Shown piece by piece: positions 31,201 through 43,200 of a stretch of 64,000 bases of DNA. The notes under the pieces were generated by a model. It was given only the letters and a program-made list of their open reading frames with translations, had not been told where the DNA came from and made no database searches. The stretch is from an uncultured Clostridia bacterium (GTDB lineage: Bacteria > Bacillota > Clostridia > Christensenellales > UBA1242): NCBI GenBank assembly GCA_944381205.1, contig CALWKG010000003.1:27573-91572 (forward strand). The letters are read 5' to 3'. Position 1 is the stretch's first letter. Every line of letters begins with the position of its first letter. Position numbers and translations under genes: made by a program.

Positions 31201-34200
31201 ATGACATAGACGATTTCTCGACATATACAGGGGCTGGCACTGGTGGAGTGTGGGCGATTACTCTTGGGGCGGAAAATAGCGGTTATCCGGAATTAATTAG
31301 TGCAAACACAATAGCATTGTCTACCCGTGTTGGCAAAACGACCGAAAACGAAAACGGTGGCACTACTACTAGGTATTACTATGTAGCAGACTACGAACTT
31401 GGCTCTCAAAATAACCCATATTTAATTGCTAGTGCCGAACAATACAACAACATTTTTAGGGCATACAATTTGGGAACTCCAACGGGAGATATTACTGCAA
31501 AATTTACGGGCAATGTTAGGTTAATAAATTATATAGATTTTGACGGGATTAGCCCATTATCCACGTCGGTAGAATACACGTCAAAACTAGGCGAAAGGGC
31601 GGTATTTGATGGTAACTATTTGGCTATGTACGATGTATCGCTAACCGATAGCAGTGCAGGTAGTCATTCCTTTGGTTTGTTTAGAGATATTTACGAAGTG
31701 GGTGTAAAAAATATTACCCTTGGGGTGTCTAGGATTAATGCCGGTAACAGTACTAGTGTCGGTGCTTTGGCAGGGGTTATAGTTAATAGTGATATTTCAA
31801 ATATTTCGCTTGTTTCAAGTTCTTCCAACAACTCTGGCATACTTGGCAACAATTACGTTGGCGGGCTTGCAGGCATAATAACCGCGGGTTCGACGGGCGA
31901 AATTTATTACATAGCAAACATAAAGTCCAATCTAACCGTTATGGGCGGTAGGGATAGTGGCAGTTCGTCCACATCTTCTATAAAGTCGTCCTTTGACGTT
32001 TGGTCTAAGATAGAGCCTACAAGTGCGTCGGGCACAGGCGGTAGAGATTTAAGGCTACATAATCTTGACAAAAACGTCTTCTATGCCGGCGGTATTGCAG
32101 GTGTAATAGATTTAAGGCAACAAACAAGCGAAGGTGGCACGGCAATACTATCCACCGAAAACGCGAAAAATCTTTTAGTTGGTGAATTTGCAAAGGGAGT
32201 AGATTATATCCCAGAAACCAATTACAGTGTTGGGGTAGGTGTATTGTCTGACTATGTAGGCGGTTTGTTTGGGTTTATAGGCGAGCAGACTTATCTTGCA
32301 AAATCACAATACATTGCAAGCAACGCAAGTTCTATATCTGGCAAGCAAGTTGCTGGTGGTATTGCTGGGGTAAACTTTGGGTTTATTGCAAAAACTTATG
32401 TTTCCTACAACAAGGAGATTATGGAAGAAGAAGACAAGTACCTTGTATATTATGCTCTTGGGGTAGATTATACTAGAAGCAGTGAAGTAACAGATAGGTT
32501 ATTCTCTGCCGACGAAGAAGAATATGCTCCAAAATACATCGGTGGTATAGCGGGTATTAATGCGGGCGCGGGGACAAGTGGCTCGGGTACTATTGCCGAT
32601 AGTTACAACAGGGTAGATGTTAAAAACAGTGGTTCGGTAGGTGTAGGTGGTATAGTAGGTGCTAGTTACATAGGCGAGATTAGAAACGTCTACACAACCG
32701 CATCTGTTATAGCCAATCTTGATACAAAAAATCCACAAGATGTTTACATAGGCGGGATAATTGGTAAGATTTTTGATGATGCTAGCGAAGGGTATTTCAG
32801 TGATTCAATTTCCGGCGAAAAGACTTTGACATTGAGTAACATAGTGGCTTTAAATGCCTATGACGAAGATGACTTTGAGTTATTGTTTAACTACAATCAG
32901 GTAAAACCGGGTCGCCTTGGTGGTTTGTATGGCAAGTACGAAAATCAAACCGAACAAAAAATGGGCATTGTAAGGATTGAACCAAATTCAAATATATATG
33001 TTCCAACATACATTTTAAAGAACTATAATAACGAATATTTGGCAAGCATAAGTGCTTATGACGATTTTGTTATTGGGCCAAAGACAAACGACGATGGCGA
33101 TTATGTCGCGACTTATGTTGACGCTAATGCCGACGGTGTGGCTGACAGCGAAGAAGTGACGTATATCAGGCTTTGGGGTTCTGAAACAGAAACAGAAGGA
33201 AACATTTATTATGACGAATTCTTGGCAGAGTATTTTAGTGGCAATGACAACTACAAAATAGACCCGCAAGATTATAGAATTCTATTTGGGGGCTCTAACA
33301 TTGCCATTGAAGCAAATCTTTCCGGCGACATAAGTCAAGACGAGTATAACTTGCTAAGAGATACGTATTTTAGCAGTGTAAACTGGCCTAGGACAACCTG
33401 GCAATATGAAGACGCAGACTTGTTGCCACTACTCAGTTATGGTTATGACTCGTCTGTGGTTAGAATTTACACCGCGGAACAATTTATACAGGCGGTTTCT
33501 AGCAAAAACAATGCCGAAATGACTTATCTAGTTATGAACGACATTGATTTTAGCGGGATAAAAGACTTGTCGCCTATTACTACAACGTTTAGCGGTAGGC
33601 TTACCGGTAATGCGGTGACCTATACGGAAGGTGGCAGGGAATATTCTAGGTATCCTATACTATTTAACATTAACATTAACGCAACTGACGTAGGGGCTTC
33701 AAGTTATGCTTTGTTTGAAACCGTTAGTGGCGGGTCTATATCCAACCTTAACTTTATAATTTCTGACTACAACGTACAATTTGCGTCAGAAGTTATGTCA
33801 AGTGCGGTAGCAGGTATTTTGATTGCTGATGCCGAAAACGTGACGATAAATAACGTTAATATTTATAACAGCCTTATTGATAATGTTTCAAAGTATGCTT
33901 CAAATAGGACATATTCCACAAGTTTAAGCGACGTAGACTTTAACGTTACTCAGGGCTTAGCATACAACGATGCAAATATTGTGGATAGTATTAGTTCGGT
34001 GTCGTACTTAAAACTTGCAGAAGTGGTAGGTCTAACCGAATATTCTGGCACTACATATTTGTTTACACTAAATCTAGACGGGCAAAAGAATTTCTTTGCC
34101 GTTAAATCCACTATTACAAATGGGATAGAAACTCCTACTACACTTAGTTATACCATTGAAATTAAGCAAGATGGCAAAATTAACACAAATGCTTCTACCT

Positions 34201-37200
34201 TTGGGGCTATTGTGGCTACCACAGGGGAAAGCACCGTTACCATTGAAAACAGCGGGGCTAGTGTAGATGTAATGTTTACCTATTCCGGTTCGGTTAGTAG
34301 TGTTTATGCCGGCGGTATCGTAGGGTACGGCAAGGGGTATATCAGAAATTCTTCTTCACAGTCAAAGATGGAAATTCAGTCATCGCTAGCAAATAAGACG
34401 AGTGGGGAAAGGGATATAAGTTCTCTTTACCTTGGTTTAGTTGCGGGGTATTTCCAAGGCGAACTTGAAAATATCTACGTATCAAACGGTGCCATTACAG
34501 TTGGCGGTTCGCCACAAGGACAAAGGACAGAAGACGAGATAGTTGTCAATTCGTCGTCTAGCGGTATAAGTGGCGCTTACATTGGCGGAGTAGTTGGTAG
34601 TTTGGGCAGGTATCAAAACACCAATAGTTCTACTATGACCGGGCTTCTTGAAAGTGTTTATGTATATGATTTGGCTATCGAAACTTACATAACCGGTAGG
34701 GCATCTATTGCGGGTGTTGTAGGTAAAAACCAAGCAGAAACCAGAGATATATACGTAAGGCAATCGGGGGTTACAAGCGAGATAACGTCATTGGTTGGTG
34801 GCAGGTCTGGCGGTGGAATATTAGTTCACATCAACAACGAAAACTCTAACGCAAACGTTGCGGGAGTATTTGCGGAAAGTACGACTTCAATATTAGAAAA
34901 TATTTACTCTAATATTTCCATAAAAGTAGATAGCACGGTTTACAACAACTTGTATTTGGGCGGAATTATTGGGCAATCCACGTCTGATTTGCAGATGCTA
35001 AATGTTGTAAACGATGCCGAAAAACTAGAAGTGGTTAAAAACCCTATTGAAAGAGAAGACGGAACAGTTTACTACGAAAACGACGTAATATACGTTGGCG
35101 GGTTGGTCGCCAGTGGCGAAAGCATAACCCTTGACCAAGCAATTTCTAGCGCGGATATAATTATCAATCAAGAAAACACGATGTTTGTTGGCGGGACGGT
35201 TGGCTTTGTAAAGACCTTGGTGGTAAACAATGTGATTGTCTTATCAGACATAACCCTAAAAAGAGGCCGTGGAAATGGAGATTCGTATTTCTATCTAAAT
35301 GGTTCTGACTACTACGTGGGCGGACTTGCGGGGCAGATTTTGAGTACTCTTACCGTAACGGGTAGGAGCGACGAAGAAATTTTGGTGGCTTCGACAATAA
35401 GAGATTATGCTATTGCGCAAAAGTTAGATGCTCACATAGGTAGTGTTATTGGCGGAAACATTAACGCAATAACTTACAATGGCGATTTGTCAAAGATTAA
35501 CTTTAACGAAAATATTTCGTTAGTTCTTAACAACAACAACACAAATGTAACGGGTAGTGGCGGTAACGTAGGCATTAGCCCGTCTAGTGTGTCAAATTTC
35601 TCTGCTATATCTCAGTTAGACCTTGGGGCTAAGTTTAAAGAGATTTTTGGTTTGTTTGTTGAAACATCTTCCGGCAACTTGGTTAAACTAGAAACAGTAG
35701 AGTACCAAAGCGGGAAGTATTCCACTTTGTATAGTGACTACTGCACAAGTGACGACGAGTTGTACGCAGGTAGCAAGTTAAACCCTATTGTATATACGGG
35801 TGGTAGCCTTGTTAACTCGCAATACTACATTTTAACTAGCGACTTGCAACTTGCTTCTACCATTAGTGCAAATGACACTAAAAACTGGGTGCTAAACGCA
35901 CAGGGTTATTCAATTACAACTGTTGCTAACGGTAATGTGTTGCCTGTTTTGGATACCATTACAGAAGGTTCTGCCGTGATTGGTCTTATGGTAAATATTT
36001 CGGGCGAAACGTCTGCACAAAACAGTTTTGCGGGCATAGCGAAAAACAACTACGGGTTCATATTCGCCTGTGGTGTTAGCGGGGATATTAACAAAAATAC
36101 CAATGCTCAATCTGTTGTTTCTATTGTAAACAGAAACTACGGTGTAATTAACAGTGTGTTTAGTTTGGCAGACATTACAAGTATAGGTGCCGCGGGGCTG
36201 GTGCTTTACAATGGGTACGATAGCGACGACTTTATAGGGAATATTTACGATTCATACTACACGGGTTCAATAACTGCTTCCGGCGGGAGCGAAACAAGTA
36301 CCTATTCTGGTATGGCTTACAGGAGTGACTTTGGGGTTATATCTAATTCCTACACTATGGCAGACATAGAAGCGCCAGAAACGAGTTACGATAACACCTT
36401 CCCTGTGGTGGGGATTGACAAAAAGAGCGGTGCAGTTGTAAAGAACAACTTATATAGGACTTTCTATGACTATGTGGCTTACCTTGGCAACAACGAAGGC
36501 ACAAATGTTAACAGCATCATAAACGCGGGTTCTAATAACGAGTTGTTTATAACAAACCTTGGGATTTATGTGTGGACTACTACATTCTCCGGGGATTTGA
36601 CCTTGGATAATCCGTCCAACCCAAGTATTGGGGCTAGTGTCACCATTATAGATATTTTGCAAAATAATTGGATTGGGGTAAGCAATAAGTTTGAACTAAT
36701 TAACAACTTTGCGGTAATAAATATCGAAGAAAGTACCAAAATTGACACAACTTGGTTTAACTTTGGCTATGCTACAAAAAATCTTCAAAATATCTTTGTA
36801 GGCGAAGACGAAGTCGAAAAGACCAAAAACTACTTCCTAATGATTTACACTGGTAATGGTTTGGCGGATATTAGCAACGTTAGGGGAGAAGGTGCTCCAA
36901 ACCTTGCAGAACACGCAAATGGCTTTGCCGATATGCCATACAGCATTAAGCACGGTGGTTTGCTTGATATGTTGGTGGTAGAAAATTGCAGGGAGAACAC
37001 CCCTAAGTTTAGATACTATATCTTTACCAGAAACATTAACTTAATTAAGTACCAAAACGGGACATATTGGTCAGAAAATTGGGATAAGATAAACGCAATA
37101 TTTGTCGGTAGCCTAGACGGAGATGGCAAGATTGTTTCTAATATGTTCTCTACCTATGGGCTTGTTAGGGCAATGCCTAGTGTGTCTGGGGTAGTAGAAA

Positions 37201-40200
37201 CAATAGAAGTGAAAAATGTCAAATTTAATAAAGGAAATATCTCCAAAACCGGTCTTGTTGCTGGTTACTTGGGTGGCGGGCAAATACACAACATTACCAT
37301 TACTGACGAAGGCGACCAAGGTGCTAACTACATTTACAACGGTAATTTGTTTGACGTTATTGGCAAGGATAAGATGGATTTGTATAAGACCGAAACTGGC
37401 GATATTGACCCTAAGTTTGATATCTTGGAAGAAACAATTACAAAGATTGATATGAAGACCTTTACGGGAAATAACGACGGCGCTATTACCGAAAGTGATT
37501 ACATTCCTGCCACGGACTTGTATCAAAACGAAGACAAAAAGACTACCTTTGCCGGTGGTTTGGTAGGGGTTATGACTGGCGGGCTTATTACCAACATCAC
37601 CATACAAAAACTAACCGTTATGGCATATAATGAGATTTCCGACGGTGACGATACAAAGGTTGACTTGTCAAAGACTAAAAATGAGATAAGTTACACAGGC
37701 GGTATAGTTGGTATTATGCGCGGTGGTATAATAACTAGCACAGTAGTAGAAGGTCAGATAGAAGACCAAACTATTATAGGTACGATAGACATTCAAGGTA
37801 TAACAGTGGCTTCTAGTTTTAAAGATTCGCAGATGGTTCAGCCGTTCTCATACGTAGGCGGTATTGCCGGTTATATGGGCGGAGCAAGTAGCATAATTCA
37901 GGGCATTGATATGAAAAACGACCTTAATAATGCTAACAAATCAGTCACAATAGCCACAATCTATACTGCGGGTGGCTTTGTGGGGGTACTAGATGGCGGA
38001 ACGGTCACGAATTGTAACTATTTGGTTTATAGCGATTTCTCAAACTCTACTGGACTTAGAATTGGATATGTAAATTGGGAAGAAAAAGACGGTGTGATAT
38101 CTGCGACTACGAGTGATTTGAGTCAGTTAAGTCTTAGCGCAAATATAGGGGCTATTTATTCAACAGAGTTTGCCTTGGGTGGCATTGCTGGGCTTATGAG
38201 GTCAGGGACGATAAAGAATTCCAACTTTGGCTCTAACGATAAATCGGCTATGGTTAACATTAACCCAAATAGCCTTGGCGGTTTTTATTCAATACACCTA
38301 GGCGGTATTGTTGGTGACTTAAACGAAAAGCAAGTCGTTGCAAATTCTTCTACTAATAGTGCAGAAGCAATAATTACAAATTGCAAGGTAGTTAATTCCG
38401 TACTTAAAATGAAGTCCGCGCAAGAAGGCATTGTTGGCGGTATTGCAGGCAGAATGAGGGGCGGTACAATAAGGAATGTTTCTACAACAGGGAGTGTGAC
38501 ATCTCTTACCGCTGACCTTACGGTATATCTAAATGGTAATTTTGAAGGCAACTTTGACTCAGAAGCGGTAGAAATGTACAAGCAGATTGGCGATTACTAT
38601 GCTGACAACTGGATAAGGCTTGGGGTAGTAAGTCCTAAGTTTAAAAATTACTTTGGTTACTATACTGAAAACGTTGGTTTGGGGCAAGGCATAGAACACT
38701 TTGTAGACGTTTGGGGTGGCTTGCAAATGAAGACAAGCGAAGGTTACAGTGTTGCAGGCGGTATAGTAGGTAGGCTTATTTACGGCAAACTTATGGGCGA
38801 CTATGGTAGGAGCGAAGAAGAAACCGAACAAAACCCTTACGGACGAATTTTAAATAACGCGACCATAACATCAAATTATTCCACAGGTGGTGTAATTGGC
38901 GAGATTTTAAATACAGAGTTGACCTATTCGGATAAAAAATCGGTGCTTGTAAGCGGGGTTGAAAACACCGGTAGTGTTTATGGTGTAGGTGCGATAATGA
39001 TGACAGGTGGCATTGGCTCAACTTTGGTTGGAGAGATGGACCTTGAATCCTTAAAAGAAGCGATGTTTGACTTGGTTGGTAGTTTGTTTTCCGATAATGA
39101 CTTCTTGGTTGAAGCCGCTGGTGGATTAAAGCAGGCAAATGCAGGCGGTATTGTAGGGTATATTTTATCTGATAATTTACGAAATCCATCGCCATTTGTT
39201 ACAATAGATAATTGCGCTTCTGTACACTATAACACCAATGGGATTCATTCAAGTCCTGTTGTAGGCTCGGCGCTTGCGACCTTCTCTGGCGGGATAGTTG
39301 GGTTGGCACACGGTGGGGTAAGTACAAACATTGTCATATCTAATTGTGAGTCAAACAACACACTGCAAGGGTATTTAATTAGGTCTTTTGCAGGCGGAAT
39401 TGTAGGATTTTTGGACGGGGCAATGGTAGTTGATTGTACATATTCGGCATCGTTGTTATCTCAGTTGAGTACTTTACTTAATATTGGCGAAGACACTGGA
39501 CCTTCCAATGAAGAAATAAGTAGCGGTATTGGTGATTTCTTAAAGGCATTTTCGTCTGTTTTAGGAATACCAAATGTGGCTGGCGGTATAGTAGGGTATT
39601 CAAATAGCGGTACAGTTAAAGACTGTGCGGTAAGTTCGTTTAACGTGACAGACGGCGGGATTTACGACAAGATTAGCAGTTTTGTCCCTGGCATAATAAT
39701 GGGCGTTAGGGTTGCTGGTGGTATTTGTGGTATAGCCGCTGGTGGAGAGTTCGTTTCGGATACCATTATGTACAACAACAATATGGTATATGCTCTATAC
39801 GGTATAGCAGGCGGTTTATTTGGGGTGCTTGCGGGCGCCGAAATAGACTCCTTTGGCGGAAATTTAAGTTTGACGTCAGTTTTCGATGAGTTCTTAAATA
39901 TATTTAAAGAAGACTTTTGGACTAGTAGCGATTCGGGCGTAGATGTTTCGACAGAAGACCCGGCAGGCAGTTTTGAGAGAGGATTTAACAAGATATTTGG
40001 CGGTAGTGACGAAAGCGGTGCCGGCATTATGGTTAATGGTATTACTGGGTTTGTATTTGGGTACATTTCGGGCGGTATAATAGGGTACTACGATTCGGCG
40101 ACGATTAGTCTGGTGGATAGAAACGGCAACCCATCAGGCAACAGAAGCGCCAAAGATTTGCACGGTGTGTTTAACTTTGGTAGAGTTTACTCTAATATAA

Positions 40201-43200
40201 CATTGCTCTTTACGTCTGGCTCGGTTATCAAAGAACTTCAAGAGTTAGAAGAAAGCATTATGAGTGCAAACATTGACGGCGACATAAACGATATGGACTT
40301 TGACGACCTAATACCGAGTTTGTCAAAAAAGATAGAAGATTTTGGCTTTGGGTTTAGCACAGGTGTTACTGTTGATGGGCAGAAGATACCTATTATAGAA
40401 ATAGGCTCAACCACCAACCTGCTATTGATGTTTGATTTTGATGTTTCGGTAGACGTTGATATAGGCTTTGATAGTGTTTCGGGGGTAGAGTTTGGCGACT
40501 ACTTTACCAATATAGTCGCAAATGAATATAGTTGGAACCCGTACTGGGGACCAAACGATGGCGGTTTGGAAGTGGGTGGCTTAACCGCAACTTCAAATAT
40601 TTGTAACGTAGGCGACGATTTCTTTGACAGCACAATAGTTGATACTGCTGATACAGGGCTTTTGGACGACAACATTAACCACACCAGTGATAGTGTTCAA
40701 GCGGGAAGGGGCTCGGTAGGTGGCATTATTGGCTACAAGTCAGGCAAAAACGACTTAACTATTAGCCTTGCGTTTAACTATGGCATAACCTTGCCAGAAC
40801 TTGGCGGAGTGGGGTCGTTCCTATCCCCAGCGATTGTTTCTAGCGGTATTGCGGGCGGAATAGTGGGCTTTGCAGAATCGGGATTGACCGTCACGTCTTC
40901 TACCAACTTCCTAAACGTAATAGGTAGGACGGCAGGCGGAATAATTGGCTTTGCGGATAGCAGTTCGGTAAGGGTTGTATCGGCAAATCCTAACGTATCC
41001 TTTGCGGGAACCAACTTAACGGATTTGATTAAGTCTGTTTTAAATGAAGAAACATTCTATTCACAAGTTCAAAATATGGGTATGGTAAACGGCGAAATCT
41101 TTGCCGGCGGTATCTATGGTTATGCAAGAAACGCGACTATTAATAGCGCTCAAATAGAATACTTACTTATGGCGCACGATATTGGTTATTACTACGATTG
41201 GTCTTTCTTTGGCTCTACTGGTGGTGACCAATATAACTGGTTCCAATCTCCTGAACTTTCCGGCTGGGGAGTGTTGCAGGTAATTAATTCGGGCTCGGTA
41301 ATTTCGTCAAAATATGCTGGTGGGTTAATTGGCTTTATGGACGAAGGCTCTGGGGCTTATGTGGCAAGGGTAAATCCGGGTGTGGGTGCCTTGCTTGGTA
41401 GTTTGGATAATTTAATTGACGCGATAACTGGTAACTTAAAGCAAAACATCTTTGGCTGTTACTCCGGCGGTATAGTGGGGTATATGCAGGGTGGATATAT
41501 TTCGGGAACTTGCTCTGTTGGTAACGACGGCTTTAACGTGGGCAAGGTAAACATCGCCGCGGCAAAATCGACCTTGGCTTTTGGCGAAGAAAAGAACGAC
41601 TTAATAGCAAGCGAAGGGCAATCGGCATACAAGTATGGTGGCTTTGCCGGTGGTGTAGCAGGCATTTTAAGGGACGGCAAGATTGGCGGTAAAAACAGCC
41701 TACACCCTACCGGGAAGATTTTGCAGACTAAGGTAAGTTCTAACGTCACATACGGAATGAGCGAAAATCAAGATGCGGAATACGTTGGCGGTGCGATAGG
41801 ATACTACGACAAGGCGCAAATTGTTACCGGTACGGGCGCGGAAAGTTCGGAAGTGGCTCTACTAGACATACACGTAAACGTAACGGGAACGGTTTCTAAC
41901 GGGAAGTATGTGGGTGGATACTTTGGTAGGATAAATGACGGCGGTGGAATTAGTTTCAAAATTGGCGAAACAACAAGCGAAACGGACGAAACTGTAAAAT
42001 ATCCTGTTATAGAAATTTTGGGACTTTTCACAGAAATGACGGAAACTTCAAGTAGGCAAGGAACACTTACTGTTAAGGGTTCGGAAGGTGGATACGCAGG
42101 CGGTGTTGTAGGATACTTAAAGAACGGCAAACTGCAAAACATTATATCTAGCATATACGTTACTGGCGATGCTGACTCGACTATGGGCGGTGTTGTAGGG
42201 TATATGAATGGCGGAACAATTACGGACGTTGTTTACGCAAAGGTGGTTACCGACGTGGTTGACCCGTTAAAGAACGAAGCCACTATTAAGTACGGAGAGC
42301 AACTGGTAATTATAGACAAAAAACTCGACTTTAATGAGTCTCACAATGGTTCTGTTGGCGGTATAGTTGGATTGGCAGACGTTAACGAAAACAATAACGC
42401 AAGCAAAGACAACACGGTTTACATAAATAATGCCATTGTGCTTGCGGATATGAGTGGCGGTTGGTATTCCGGCGGTATTGTTGGTAGTTTGGAAAACGGT
42501 ATAATAGAAAGCAGTCACGTAATAGGCAGTGTGGAAGATGCTCGCTATGCCGGTGGTATAGCGGGAAAGATAGGCGAAAAGGGTATCATAAACAGCAGTG
42601 ACATTGGGCAGTACAATGATAATATGAATTTCACTCAAACAGTTGATTATCTAAGCAAAAACTACTTAAACGGATTGAAAATTTTGGCTACCGACCTTGA
42701 AGTTAGGGTAAATATTAGCGGTAGTTTTGCAGCGGGTGGTGTTGCAGGACTTTCAAGTGGTAACATAAACTATTCTAATATTAACGAAGAAAGAGTTACC
42801 GTTACAAGTACGGATATTCCAGAAGACACAGAGCAAGAAGAAGCAAGCAGAGATGAATTATTCCTTCAATTCCCGGGATATGTAGGCGGTATTGTAGGGC
42901 AGTTGATGGGTGGCAGTATTGGTGTTAGTGAAGACCAACTAGGAGATGGCTTAAAGGTCATAACCGGAGCTAACGTCAGTGGTAGGACTGCCGGCGGTGT
43001 TGTTGGTAGTATGTTTGGCGGAGAGATAATAAATGCCAAATCGCGAAACGTCGAAGTCACCGACGACGGCTTCTACGGTGGTGGTTTTGTTGGGTATATG
43101 TATGGCGGACAAGTTACAAAAGTAACGTCTGACGAAAACGAAAATGTCACGGTACTGGCAAACGTTAACGGGGCTGAAAGCGACGACGATATGGACGGCA